Notes: generated from the sequence alone by a model not told the origin. Counted from the stretch's first letter, positions 9,701 through 19,157 are shown. The stretch is DNA of 64,000 nt from Flavobacteriales bacterium (GCA_031418455.1 JANOXJ010000221.1:5193-69192), one strand, 5' to 3'. Program-made: numbers and translations.

Positions 9701-10886
9701 TTACAGAATCGGGAACAACTACAGTTTCGCATTCAGAACAAGTGCTAAAACAAACAACAGCAAGTGTGGTGTCAGTATCTGCTAAAATGGCTCCGCGGTT
9801 AAATCCGCCAAAACCATTGTCTGTGCCGCATTCAGCTGGCACCATTTCTTCGTTGGCAAATACATTTCCATTTATAAACTTATATTCTAAAGTAGAATTG
9901 GCATCCGCTTCAAAAGTGTAATTGTACAAACCGTTGCCTTGGCTTACCATAGGCGAGGTGGTAGCATTCCATCCCTGAAAATTGCCGGCTACATGCACTC
10001 CATTGGGGCCAACCATTTCGTTGGTCATGTCTACCTGAAGTGTTACAGTTATAGGCAATGCAGGCGGAGGGCAGGCCGCACACTGGCCAAAGCATACCAC
10101 AGGTATGGTAATAGCGCTTGTGCCACTAACTACAATTTGTCTGTTGTAGCCTCCAAAACCATCAGATACACCGCATGATGCAGGAACAATTTCTGCTCCA
10201 GGCCAGCTATCGCCATTAATATATTTATATTGATAAGTACCTTGTTGCAAGGCCATGGTAACACTAAAAATTCCGTTGCCTACGGCAGTCATCGCAAGTG
10301 TACTGGGATTCCAGTTTTGAAAACTACCAGCTAAGTGTATATCGTTTGCACTAATGGTTTGCTGACTTAAGTCTACTTGAAAAGTAACGTTTACAGGTTG
10401 TGCTATCCACTCGGTAACACCACTTGCCAAACCACCACCTATGTAAAACCAAGGACCACTTCCTGTAAGGAAAGTGCCTGATGTCCATAGGCCTGCGCTA
10501 TTTGCAACACTTTCGCGGCCTTGTCCGCCAGCTCCATATTGCATAAAATCTACCATGCTAGATGGTAGGCCAAAACTTCCGCTGGGAAGATATAATCCTA
10601 AATCGCTGGCTGTAGTGCCAAAACCGCTGCCGGGATTAGCCCAGGCTATGGTTACTTCTTCGTTTTGCGAAAGGTTGAAATCGCCACTTACAATACTAAC
10701 ATTGGCAGTGTTGAGGGTAGCATATTCGAACAATGCACACAGTCTGTATGTGCTAATGTCCACTGCCATGGCCCCATAGTTTTTAATTTTAATTTGGTCC
10801 GTTGCCGGATTTACATAAGTGAATTTGAGCTGCGCATGTGCAAGGGTAGAAAGCAGCACAGCAACTAGAAGTAGAATTTTTTTCAT
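6708..10886 (-). CDS. T9SS cargo: lamin-tail-like domain + ten CBM20/CBM48-like Cys-containing repeats + type A sorting domain
   Basis: Signal peptide MKKILLLVAVLLSTLAHAQ. The N-terminal LTD-like segment includes IKIKNYGAMAVDISTYRL. Ten repeats of about 115 aa carry GVH[VI]AGNFQGWNP, YKFINGN-W and four conserved Cys (VPAxCG...VCFGxCxxC). The C-terminus reads LDVYPNPASSTLIID...GMYHITD. The domain-family assignment is by resemblance only. Confidence 0.85.
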   Translation of the reverse strand: MKKILLLVAVLLSTLAHAQLKFTYVNPATDQIKIKNYGAMAVDISTYRLCALFEYATLNTANVSIVSGDFNLSQNEEVTIAWANPGSGFGTTASDLGLYLPSGSFGLPSSMVDFMQYGAGGQGRESVANSAGLWTSGTFLTGSGPWFYIGGGLASGVTEWIAQPVNVTFQVDLSQQTISANDIHLAGSFQNWNPSTLAMTAVGNGIFSVTMALQQGTYQYKYINGDSWPGAEIVPASCGVSDGFGGYNRQIVVSGTSAITIPVVCFGQCAACPPPALPITVTLQVDMTNEMVGPNGVHVAGNFQGWNATTSPMVSQGNGLYNYTFEADANSTLEYKFINGNVFANEEMVPAECGTDNGFGGFNRGAILADTDTTLAVVCFSTCSECETVVVPDSVNVTLYVNMQDETLGLNGVHVAGTFNNWSATTTEMTDMDADGVFETTLLIAENEQHFYKFINGNTWGNEETVPAQCALTDGGGNLSRVFYTDTVAVVQDTVCFGSCTNCNVIIVDPSNMITLSVNMQDQSVSPNGVHVAGNFQGWDPAMSEMTDDNADGIYEITFEADEWSNLSYKFINGNTWNDAEVVPAECGLPDGNGGNNRILETGTIDVIASVVCFGECVNCTIIVEPTFVDVTFSLNMANETVDANGVHIAGNMQSWDPAASEMTDVDADGIYTITLPVETNTTAEFRFINGNDWPMSETVPATCGTDDGFGGMNRTIEVADADTAYTVVCFGSCVDCDIIVEPTFVDVTFSLNMANETVDANGVHIAGNMQSWDPATSEMTDVDADGIYTITLPVETNTTAEFRFINGNDWPMSETVPATCGTDDGFGGMNRTIEVADADTAYAVVCFGSCVDCDIIVEPTFVDVTFSVNMANETVDANGVHIAGSMQSWDPAASEMTDVDADGIYTITLPVETNTTAEFRFINGNDWPMSETVPATCGTDDGFGGFNRSIAVAEADTAYAVVCFGECVDCDIIVEPTTVTVLFQVDMTNETVSANGVHIAGNFQGWNPASSTMTDANSDGIYEYTAQIDTNSTVLFKFINGNDWPFAEVVPAACGLGDGFGGYNRNFDVAVTDATYGPVCFAACEACAKQTPVLITIRVDMTNETVATEGVFIAGDFNAWSGTDTQMSEYAPGLYQAVVVLNSGETVQYKFLNGINYETVPTECGTGAFSNRSYTAGVANETLAPVCFSGCAACTSNPMVDITFLVDLGQLTADAAGVHLTGSFNAFSPTATPMTLAFNNVYTATVSVAENALVLYKFINGNTFTNVETVPFECGVDDGFGGYNRSITVDNVDVSLPEVCFSSCVDCPIGLDELNNNTLDVYPNPASSTLIIDAKGTFISTLNILDVTGRIVQNINMYSAGTMQTDVSNLSAGMYHITDNNGKALAKLIVE
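7971..9023 (-). repeat. Three near-identical 351-bp tandem coding repeats (117 aa each) inside the 1392-aa gene
   Basis: Units lie at 9023-8673, 8672-8322 and 8321-7971. Each encodes IIVEPTFVDVTFS[LV]NMANETVDANGVHIAG[NS]MQSWDPA[AT]SEMTDVDADGIYTITLPVETNTTAEFRFINGNDWPMSETVPATCGTDDGFGG...VVCFG[SE]CVDCD. My manual alignment of two adjacent units gives about 16 mismatches in 351 nt. The antisense ORFs in the track recur with the same 351-nt period (8227, 8578, 8929). Confidence 0.9.
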
Positions 10887-11046
10887 TTAGAAATTAAGGG
10901 TTTTGAAAGTTTAACTTTGAGTGCGAAAATAATGCACTTTCATGCGTAAACGACTGTATTTTGGCACAAACCAATCGCATATGAATGCTCGTTTGTCGAA
11001 ATTTTGAACCAATTAATAATTTGTAGAGGAAATGTAGCCTCTACCT

Positions 11047-14031
11047 TTGAAAAAATTGAAGTCTATGACATTGAAGCGAAGTTTTTTTTATTGGGTAATA
11101 GTTGTTTTTGGTCTTACTCCATGTGAGGTTTTGTCTCAAGCTCAAATAGTGCTGAGCGAAATACAAATAACCAACGCTACTACTTTGGCTGATGAGGATG
11201 GTGACTATGGCGATTGGGTGGAGGTGTGGAATGCAGGCAATGAATATGCTAATCTGGAAGGATATTCATTAAGTGATGACACTCAAAATTTACAAAAGTG
11301 GATTTTCCCGCAATGGACAATTGCACCGAATGAGCGTGTTGTTGTTTTTGCTTCTGCAAAAAATAGATATACAGATCCTTTGCACACAAATTTTAAGTTG
11401 AATGCAGGCGAAACAATTTTGCTTTCAAATTCAGAGTCAGAAATTTTAGTAAATGTTCAGATTCCTTCTTTGCAACTGGGCCATGTTTTTCAAACCAACG
11501 ATGTAGGCAATTCTTGGTGCATAGCTACCACTGCTTCGCCTAATGCAGAGAATGTAGCTGAGTGTGCAAGCGGCTATGAAACCAAGCCCAATTTTGAAAT
11601 TGAAAGTGGAGTGTACAACGGAACGCAAATGGTGGCTATATCTGCTGTAAATCCAAATGCGGAAATTAGATATACTACTGACGGTAGTTTGCCCAATGCA
11701 ACGAGTGAATTGTATACAGCACCTTTAATGGTAGATGCTACAGTCACCATTTCTGCACGCTGCTTTAGCAGCTCTGCATTGCCCTCCATGGTAGAGAAAA
11801 ATACTTATTTAATAAATGAATGGCAAATAGATATACCTGTAGTTTGCATAAGCACCGACCCATACAACCTTTGGGATTCGCTTTATGGCATATATGCTTT
11901 TGGTCCGCCTGACTATGGTGGCTATCCTTATTTCGGTGCTAATTTTTGGGAAGATTGGGAGCGCGAATCTTACATGGAATATTTTGATGTTAACCATGTG
12001 AAGCAAGTAGAAGGACCAGTGGGCTTAAAAATTCATGGTGGTTGGTCGCGAGGCAATGAACAAAAAAGTTTTAGAGTGCAATGCAAAGATCAATACGGCA
12101 TGGAGTCTATGGACTATCCAATGATTGCTGATAAGCCATATATAACCTCATTTAAAGGATTTAATTTGCGCAACGGAGGCAACGACTATTGGGGACCGCG
12201 CTTTCATGACGCACTTATGCAGCGCACACTTAAAGGAACTAATGCAGACTATATGGCCTACGAACCTGTAGTAGTATTTCTTAATGGTGAGTACTGGGGT
12301 TTTATGGAAATGCGCGAGGTTGAAGACCAGCACTGGGTGGAAAACAATCATGGAATTAATAGTGCTGATGCATCGGTAATTAGCTACAACTATATGGGCC
12401 TTAATGTTATTAGTGGCTCTGATGAAAGTTTTTTTGAACTGCATGATTATGCTATGAACACTGATCCTCTTGCCAGTGATTTTTATCCCACCATTAGTTC
12501 TATGCTCAATATAGAAAATTATGTGGATTACATAATAGCAGAAACATATTTCTGCAATGGCGACTGGAGCAATGGCTGGATAAACAATACTAAGTTTTGG
12601 CATGACGATACACCAGGCGGCAAATGGAATTTTTTGCTCATGGATATGGATTTTGGAATGGGTTTGGCTGGTAATGGTCCGAATGATGATTATATAAATA
12701 CAGCGGGTGATGAGGGTTGGTATACCGACCAAATTTTTTCTAAAATTATACAAAACGAAACGTTTAGAAAATACTTCATCAATAGATATGCTGATTTAAT
12801 GAACTCTGCTTTTCAGCCTGAGAGAGTAAATACTATGGCCAATGAAATGCGCGATGAAATAACACCAATTTTTGAAAGACACTGCCAACGTTGGGGAACC
12901 GATTTTGGATCGTTGCAGTGGGCAGTAGACGGCAGGCTGGATTGGAACGCACAACGTGTTGATGGTTCGCGCACAGTGGTGCAAAATCATTTTAATTTAG
13001 AAAATCAGGTGACAATAAATTTAGATGTGGTGCCTGCTGGTGCAGGTCGCATACACATAAGTACTATTGAGCCCGATGAGTTAGCATATCCCTGGTCTGG
13101 TGTTTACTACAATGGTGTTCCTGTGAAAATTACTGTGGTGGCCAATCCAGGTTTTACATTTCATCATTGGGCACCCAATGGCATATTTCCAACCGCAATT
13201 TATGTAGACCAGTTTATTACCAATTTTGAAACCAATGAATCTTTTACAGCCTATTTTGTAGGTGAACCTGCTGAGAATGCTGTGCAAGTTTCTGAGTTTA
13301 TGTACAACGATGATGAAGCAAATGAAAGTGGTGACTGGATAGAGCTTCATAATACTTTAGATGTGCCCTTGGATTTGTCTAGCATGTACATCAAAGATGC
13401 AAATTATTTTAATCGTTATAATATTCCTCTTAACTTAACCATTGCTCCTAATGAATATGTGGTGATAGCGGAAAATGTAGAATTGTTTCAGGCTCAATAC
13501 CCTGATGTAAATGCTGTGTTTGGTCCATTAGGTTTTAGTTTAAATAATGCTAATGATGACATTAGTCTCTTTGATTATCATGATGCGCAGGTAATAAGCA
13601 TTAGTTATACTGATGAGGCTCCATGGCCATCAAATAGCGATGGTACAGGCCGTACAAATGAATTTGATATTTCTACTAACGACCAAAACCTGGCATCCAA
13701 TTGGGAGGCAGGCTGCCCTAGCGGAAGCCCTGGCGAAGAGTATGATCCAAATTGTGGAGTGGTGTATGTAGATGCATTTAATGCAGGTAGCAAAAGTGTT
13801 ATATTATATCCATCGCCTGCTAATAATGAAATAAATGTGCAGCTTAGTTCTGATTTGGCTAATAAAAATTATACATGCGAAATATTAGATGCAACTGGCA
13901 ACATGGTATTAGCAACTTCTGCAAGCATGGCTCTTACCAAAATAGATATTGAAAGTTTAGCAGCGGGTATGTATGTAGTAAGAATTTTATCCAATGATTT
14001 CAATACTACACTACCATTTATAGTGGAGTGA
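11047..14031 (+). CDS. CotH kinase-family protein flanked by two lamin-tail domains, with T9SS type A sorting domain
   Basis: N-terminal LTD: VLSEIQITNATTLADEDGDYGDWVEVWNAGNEYANLEGYSLSDD. A chitobiase/hexosaminidase-C-like segment follows (EIRYTTDGSLPNATSELYTAP). The CotH core includes KIHGGWSRGNEQKSFRV and FNLRNGGNDYW. C-terminal LTD: SEFMYNDDEANESGDWIELHN. The sorting domain reads ILYPSPANNEINV...GMYVVRI. The start may be TTG 11047 or ATG 11065. Confidence 0.85.
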   Translation: MKKLKSMTLKRSFFYWVIVVFGLTPCEVLSQAQIVLSEIQITNATTLADEDGDYGDWVEVWNAGNEYANLEGYSLSDDTQNLQKWIFPQWTIAPNERVVVFASAKNRYTDPLHTNFKLNAGETILLSNSESEILVNVQIPSLQLGHVFQTNDVGNSWCIATTASPNAENVAECASGYETKPNFEIESGVYNGTQMVAISAVNPNAEIRYTTDGSLPNATSELYTAPLMVDATVTISARCFSSSALPSMVEKNTYLINEWQIDIPVVCISTDPYNLWDSLYGIYAFGPPDYGGYPYFGANFWEDWERESYMEYFDVNHVKQVEGPVGLKIHGGWSRGNEQKSFRVQCKDQYGMESMDYPMIADKPYITSFKGFNLRNGGNDYWGPRFHDALMQRTLKGTNADYMAYEPVVVFLNGEYWGFMEMREVEDQHWVENNHGINSADASVISYNYMGLNVISGSDESFFELHDYAMNTDPLASDFYPTISSMLNIENYVDYIIAETYFCNGDWSNGWINNTKFWHDDTPGGKWNFLLMDMDFGMGLAGNGPNDDYINTAGDEGWYTDQIFSKIIQNETFRKYFINRYADLMNSAFQPERVNTMANEMRDEITPIFERHCQRWGTDFGSLQWAVDGRLDWNAQRVDGSRTVVQNHFNLENQVTINLDVVPAGAGRIHISTIEPDELAYPWSGVYYNGVPVKITVVANPGFTFHHWAPNGIFPTAIYVDQFITNFETNESFTAYFVGEPAENAVQVSEFMYNDDEANESGDWIELHNTLDVPLDLSSMYIKDANYFNRYNIPLNLTIAPNEYVVIAENVELFQAQYPDVNAVFGPLGFSLNNANDDISLFDYHDAQVISISYTDEAPWPSNSDGTGRTNEFDISTNDQNLASNWEAGCPSGSPGEEYDPNCGVVYVDAFNAGSKSVILYPSPANNEINVQLSSDLANKNYTCEILDATGNMVLATSASMALTKIDIESLAAGMYVVRILSNDFNTTLPFIVE

Positions 14032-14051
14032 TAAAATTAAAATATTAGGTG

Positions 14052-14089
14052 AAAAAAAAAGAGTCTCTATAAAGGAGACTCTTTTTTTA
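14052..14089. terminator. Bidirectional hairpin terminator between convergent genes
   Basis: An A9 run, then AGAGTCTC (14060-14067) pairing with GAGACTCT (14075-14082), then a T7 run. Confidence 0.8.
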
Positions 14090-14114
14090 TTGATTGTAAT
14101 GCGCACGTGGCGTC

Positions 14115-14648
14115 TTATTCTCCTTTTGAACTTTCGCCCACAAACTGGTCTATCTTGTTTTTAAATAGGATATTAAATGTGGTTAAAGAACCATAAATAC
14201 GTGTAATGTATTGTTGCAAGTCCACTTTGTCTTCATCAGTTAGTTTGGTATGCGCATTTATCTTTTGTTCCATTACACGCAGTCTGTCGCGCAGCAAAAC
14301 TATCTTATGAAAAAATGCTTCCATCGGTATCTCTTTGGGCTTAAGAGATGTGTCTTTAGGCTGGAGTAGTAGATTGCCTCCTTCCCACTTATCGCCAAGC
14401 TCTACAATCTCTGATACGTCATAATACATATCAAATACATTTTTCACAGCGTCCACTACATCTTCCAATTCTACCGTTTTGCTGCCTGCAGGTGCAGCCT
14501 CCAAAAGCTGATAACCGTCAAAACCTTTGCCCAGTTCTTTCTCGCCATGTTCTTTAAAAAAAATACGGTATTTATAATCGTCCATACCAAAAACTACTCC
14601 TTCGCCAAATGAGGGGTGAGTAATGCGAGCGCCTATTCCAAAATTCAT
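14115..14648 (-). CDS. Hypothetical cytoplasmic protein
   Basis: A clean 177-aa ORF with no signal peptide. The N-terminal ITHPSFGEGVV motif is followed by a helical C-terminal half. I do not recognise a named family. Confidence 0.6.
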   Translation of the reverse strand: MNFGIGARITHPSFGEGVVFGMDDYKYRIFFKEHGEKELGKGFDGYQLLEAAPAGSKTVELEDVVDAVKNVFDMYYDVSEIVELGDKWEGGNLLLQPKDTSLKPKEIPMEAFFHKIVLLRDRLRVMEQKINAHTKLTDEDKVDLQQYITRIYGSLTTFNILFKNKIDQFVGESSKGE

Positions 14649-14733
14649 AATGCTATGTTTTTATTTTTAAATAATTATGTTGGTTTAATTCTTCGGCAAA
14701 AATGTGATTCTATTTTCTTTAGCTGCAAGGTAT

Positions 14734-15666
14734 TTATACTTTTTCATACAAATGCAAATCGTTTAGATCCATAACAGCTTTTCCTTTTTCATTTATAGTA
14801 AATGCCCTAAGAAATTTTGCATCCCACACAAATTCATTAGCAGTATAGCTAAAGCGCGAATGTACTGTTTGGTGAAACGTATCGTCAAAACCGGATATGA
14901 GAATGAGCACCTCTGCATCCAACTCTTTTAGTTGCTCTTCCGTTAGTCCATACAAGGGGCTACTGTCATCTATTTTATGCACCAGTGTCCAGCTGAGTGG
15001 TAAGAATATGATGTGTTCTATTTCTAATTTTAAGGCAAAGTATTTTCTGTTCAATGCATCAGAATTTGTTTCGCGCATCATGAGTATAGCGCGTGCATTC
15101 ATTTCCATTAGCACATTGTTGCGCTTATTGGCTAAGCGAAACATGAGGGCCTTGCCATCTTGGTATGGAGCTATAATGGCATTGTTGCTATAGGCAAGCA
15201 TAGCTTTGGGCTTGCTAAATCTGGCGTACATAAGACCGGTAGCTACTGCAAAAAACAATAGTCCGCAAAAGGCTTCAAAAGATGCTACTGTGCTGGCCAA
15301 AATTCCTTTGGGTGCTATGGAGCCATAACCCACTGTGGTAAACGTTTGTGTTGAAAAATAGAAACAGTCCATAAAAGTTTCGAGGGCTGTTTCGCCACGC
15401 ACTCCTATCAAATGCTCAGTACCTATGCCATAATACAATGCTGCAAATAGCAAACTGAAAACAACATAGGTGATTAAAATGATTAAGAAAAAGATGGAGT
15501 TGTGTAACTGAAGGAGTTGCTGGTAAATATTGCGAAGACCACTGCTGCCATTCTTACGTACAGTGTTAAATGAGCCATCCTTGTTTATTGCACGCTGCGA
15601 TTTACTGCCTATTTTTTCTCCAAAACCAGGGTCTTGTATTCTACTTTTATCTGTGATTCTAATCAT
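14734..15666 (-). CDS. Prokaryotic inward-rectifier-type K+ channel (KirBac-like)
   Basis: Two TM helices flank a pore helix and the selectivity filter TTVGYGSI. This is followed by ARFSKPKA and the beta-rich cytoplasmic domain (ALMFRLANKRNNVLMEMNA), as in KirBac/IRK channels. Confidence 0.85.
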   Translation of the reverse strand: MIRITDKSRIQDPGFGEKIGSKSQRAINKDGSFNTVRKNGSSGLRNIYQQLLQLHNSIFFLIILITYVVFSLLFAALYYGIGTEHLIGVRGETALETFMDCFYFSTQTFTTVGYGSIAPKGILASTVASFEAFCGLLFFAVATGLMYARFSKPKAMLAYSNNAIIAPYQDGKALMFRLANKRNNVLMEMNARAILMMRETNSDALNRKYFALKLEIEHIIFLPLSWTLVHKIDDSSPLYGLTEEQLKELDAEVLILISGFDDTFHQTVHSRFSYTANEFVWDAKFLRAFTINEKGKAVMDLNDLHLYEKV

Positions 15667-15707
15667 AGATGGTATTGCAAATAACTAATGATTTAAAACA
15701 TTCATTA

Positions 15708-17027
15708 TTACTCTTTTATCACAGGCGTTCCCATAAGGTCGTAATGCTCTGCACTATCTATGTGCACCTCTGCAAAATCGCCCACGCGCAAGTAGCCTTT
15801 AGATTTTTCTATTACCACTTCATTGTCCACCTCAGGCGAGTCAAATTCTGTGCGACCTAGGTAATAATCACCTTCTACTTTGTCTATCAGCACACGCATT
15901 GTCTTACCTACCTTTTCCTGATTTAGCTCAAAACTTATTTGCGATTGTGCCTCCATAATGGTGTCGGCTCGTTTCTTTTTTGTTTTAGCAGGCACATCGT
16001 CTTTTGCATTATATGCATGCGTATTTTCCTCGTGTGAGTAGGTAAATACTCCCAGACGATCGAAACGTGAGGTTTGCATCCAGTTAAGCATTTCTTCGAA
16101 ATCTGCCTGAGTTTCGCCCGGGTAACCCGCTATTAGTGTAGTTCTGAGTGCTATACCGGGCACTTTTTCGCGTATGGTTTGCACCAAAGCATCTGTTTTT
16201 TCGCGCGTTATGCCTCTTCGCATGGCTTGCAGCATGCGTGTAGTGCCGTGTTGCAGCGGCATATCCAAATACTTGCATATGTTACTTCGCTCATTCATTA
16301 CATCCAGCACATCCATAGGGAAGCCAGCAGGGAATGCGTATTGCAGCCTTATCCAGTCTATACCCTCCACATCAGATAGTTTGCGAAGCAAATCGGCCAA
16401 TTTTCTGTCTTTGTATATATCCAGACCGTAATATGTAAGGTCTTGGGCTATTAATATGAGTTCCTTAGTGCCTTGGGCTGCCAGTTTTTTGGCATTGCTT
16501 ACAAGCTGGTCCATATCTGTGCTCACATGCTTGCCGCGCATAAGTGGTATGGCGCAAAAGGAGCATGGCCTGTCGCATCCTTCAGATATTTTAAAATAGG
16601 CGTAGTGTGCAGGCGTGGTCAACAATCGTTCGCCTATTAGCTCATGCTTATAGTCGGCTTTAAGTGTTTTGAGCAAACGTGGCAATTCGCGTGTGCCAAA
16701 AAATGCGTCAACTTCCGGAATGTCTTTTTCTAACTCCGGCTTGTAGCGCTCGCTTAAGCAACCGGTAACATAGAGCTTTTCTACATTGCCTTTGCCTTTC
16801 TCTTTGGCCCAGGCCAATATGGTGTTTATGCTTTGTTCCTTGGCATTTTCAATAAAACCGCAGGTGTTTATTATCACTATTTCGGCATCTTTATCTTCCG
16901 ATTCGTGCTCTACACTGTACTGGTTGGCCTTTAGCTGGGCCATCATTACCTCACTGTCAAAAATGTTTTTGGCGCACCCCAGGGTTACCACATTCACCTT
17001 ATTTTTCTTTAATGTCTTGGTCTTCAT
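15708..17027 (-). CDS. rimO: Ribosomal protein S12 methylthiotransferase RimO
   Basis: The MTTase N-domain has VNVVTLGCAKNIFDSE. The radical-SAM site is CDRPCSFCAIP. A C-terminal TRAM domain is present (GKTMRVLIDKVEGDYYLGRTEFDSPEVD). I preferred the ATG at 17027 (MKTKTLKKNK) to the ORF start at 17060. Confidence 0.9.
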   Translation of the reverse strand: MKTKTLKKNKVNVVTLGCAKNIFDSEVMMAQLKANQYSVEHESEDKDAEIVIINTCGFIENAKEQSINTILAWAKEKGKGNVEKLYVTGCLSERYKPELEKDIPEVDAFFGTRELPRLLKTLKADYKHELIGERLLTTPAHYAYFKISEGCDRPCSFCAIPLMRGKHVSTDMDQLVSNAKKLAAQGTKELILIAQDLTYYGLDIYKDRKLADLLRKLSDVEGIDWIRLQYAFPAGFPMDVLDVMNERSNICKYLDMPLQHGTTRMLQAMRRGITREKTDALVQTIREKVPGIALRTTLIAGYPGETQADFEEMLNWMQTSRFDRLGVFTYSHEENTHAYNAKDDVPAKTKKKRADTIMEAQSQISFELNQEKVGKTMRVLIDKVEGDYYLGRTEFDSPEVDNEVVIEKSKGYLRVGDFAEVHIDSAEHYDLMGTPVIKE

Positions 17028-17163
17028 TGCTGGGGGCAAATGTCGCCACCATTTGAGCAATTTCCGCTTTGTTTTTTCATAAAATGTCCAATACCACTCT
17101 GTTTCGAAGTGTAACCTTGCTTGTGCGGACCAAGTATAAATGGCACCCTATTTCTACTATCCT

Positions 17164-19155
17164 ATGAAATACCCTGCTTTGGCAGCCATTTTTCTTATTT
17201 TGTCAAATGTGCATTTGAGCGCGCAATCTGACAGTGCCACAGCTATTTTAAGTATTCCAACTTCCAAATATTTTTCCTCTACAGAGGTTAATAATGCTAT
17301 TGCCAAACATGTAACCGTTTCTAGCTTGTCTGAGCAAGATGTACGGGAAGCACCAGGTACTATTTTGGTTTTGGACCGCCAGGAAATTCTTGCATCAGGT
17401 GCCCGCGATATAATGGAATTGTTGGCATGCATACCAGGTTTTAATTTTGCGTTGGATGTGGATGGAGTAATTGGCCTTGGTATAAGGGGCAACTGGGCTC
17501 ACGAGGGCAAATTTCTGATGATGTATAATGGTATACCCCTTAACGAATTTGATTTTGGAACATTTGCCTTCTCTCAACGTGTCAATCTTTCTAATATTAA
17601 TAGAATAGAAATTCTAAATGGGCCAGGTTCCATTATCTATGGTGGCACTGCCGCGCTAGGCATTATTAATTTGGTTACCTTTAAGCCTGGTGAAAACGAT
17701 GGCACAACTATTTCTGCTGAAAATGCTTTTACTAAGGAAGGTTTTGCAAGATTTAGAACAGGGCTTACCGGCAATCATTATTTGGGTAATGAAACCTTTG
17801 TGTCATACGATTTGTCCATGAGCCAGGGCAATAAATCAAATGCATTGTCTGAAGACGAATATGGTAGTGTTCTGAATTATAAAGATAGCACAGATATACG
17901 CTCTAGCGAAGTCTACGTGCGCATTCAAAGAAAAAATTTAGGTATTCAATACTATTCAAACGATTATAATTTTGGTGTAGTCAGTAGCTCGTATAGAGTT
18001 CAGATGCAAACATCTGCAGCGGAGCTTATTTATGACAAAAAGCTAAACTTAAAGCACCGCTTGCAGATAAAACCGGTGTATCAATTTCAAATGCCATGGT
18101 CTTATCAAAATGCTTCAGATGCAGAGTTGAATGCTTATAATACTAATGTCAGAAAATGGAGTTTGTACACGCGGCTAGCCAGCAATTGGTCCAGAAAATT
18201 TCATTCGAGCATTGGGCTTCAATTATTTTCAACTACCAGTAAGTATGAGTTAGAAGAAGGTGTAGCTGTGCAAAATGCCAGGTCTAGTTTGCAAAAAATG
18301 AATATTGCGGCAGGCTTTGCCGATGTGAGCGCTAAGTTTAAAATTGGTAATTTCAATGCGGGTGTAAGAGGTGAAATAAATAACCAGCTGCCTGCGCAAC
18401 TACTTCCCCGATTGGCATATAGCAAAGTTTTAGGTAAAGTATACATTAAGGCCTCGTATGCATCCGCGTATAAAATACCTACTATTCAAAATTTGCTTCT
18501 TGGCCCTGCCGATACTGACTTGAAGGTAGAAAAAGTAAAACACCAGGAATTTCAGATAGGTTGTGATATTTCTAAGTACCTGTCTGCTCAGGGCAGTGTT
18601 TATAATAGCATAATTTCTAATCCTATTGTTTACTTCAGTGATACAATAAGCATAGACAATTACTTAAACAGAACCAAAGCTGGTACCTCCGGTTTCGAAT
18701 TGTCATTTAACATCCATTCAAAAAAGTTAACCGGTAATATTGGTTATTGTTATTTCAAAAATAATGGAAGCGTTTCAGATTTTCCTGATATTGTTAATTC
18801 CAAAGGTGAAATATTAGCATTTCCAAACCATAGAGTTTGTTCATATTTAAGATATAGATATAATGATAGCTGGGCGTTCAATTTTAGAACCATAGCGCAA
18901 AACAGAATATGCACTTACCAGATAGATGAAGAAACAGGTGCAAGCAATGAGGTGGATATACCCCGCACATTGCTATTAAGTGCTGATGTGGATTTTAGTT
19001 TTCCGGCACTACAAAGTTTTTCTTTTAGAGTAGGTATACAAAATATTCTCAATGCGAATTATTGTATTGCCAGTCCTTATAATTCCGGTGTGCCATCTAT
19101 GCAAATGAATGGAAGGGAATTTAAGCTCGAACTTAAATATCAAATCACGAAATAA
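17164..19155 (+). CDS. TonB-dependent outer-membrane receptor (short, about 660 aa)
   Basis: Signal peptide MKYPALAAIFLILSNVHLSAQ. Plug-domain motifs are DIMELLACIPGFNF, GIRGN, LMMYNGIPLNE and INRIEILNGPGSIIYGGTAALGIINLVT. The rest is beta-barrel-like, rich in Y, N, S and G. Confidence 0.8.
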   Translation: MKYPALAAIFLILSNVHLSAQSDSATAILSIPTSKYFSSTEVNNAIAKHVTVSSLSEQDVREAPGTILVLDRQEILASGARDIMELLACIPGFNFALDVDGVIGLGIRGNWAHEGKFLMMYNGIPLNEFDFGTFAFSQRVNLSNINRIEILNGPGSIIYGGTAALGIINLVTFKPGENDGTTISAENAFTKEGFARFRTGLTGNHYLGNETFVSYDLSMSQGNKSNALSEDEYGSVLNYKDSTDIRSSEVYVRIQRKNLGIQYYSNDYNFGVVSSSYRVQMQTSAAELIYDKKLNLKHRLQIKPVYQFQMPWSYQNASDAELNAYNTNVRKWSLYTRLASNWSRKFHSSIGLQLFSTTSKYELEEGVAVQNARSSLQKMNIAAGFADVSAKFKIGNFNAGVRGEINNQLPAQLLPRLAYSKVLGKVYIKASYASAYKIPTIQNLLLGPADTDLKVEKVKHQEFQIGCDISKYLSAQGSVYNSIISNPIVYFSDTISIDNYLNRTKAGTSGFELSFNIHSKKLTGNIGYCYFKNNGSVSDFPDIVNSKGEILAFPNHRVCSYLRYRYNDSWAFNFRTIAQNRICTYQIDEETGASNEVDIPRTLLLSADVDFSFPALQSFSFRVGIQNILNANYCIASPYNSGVPSMQMNGREFKLELKYQITK

Positions 19156-19157
19156 AA

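Noticed and set aside
12148-12753. A 201-aa minus-strand ORF inside the CotH gene. Similar antisense ORFs occur at 42077-42643, 55378-55854, 59765-60196 and 35586-35994.
   Set aside because: Each is fully embedded antisense in a gene with strong motif support. Their translations show no motifs or signal peptides and have odd composition.
17061-17163. A possible riboswitch (for example cobalamin) ahead of the TonB-dependent receptor gene.
   Set aside because: Only about 100 nt are available, and I see no B12-box or other conserved riboswitch core.
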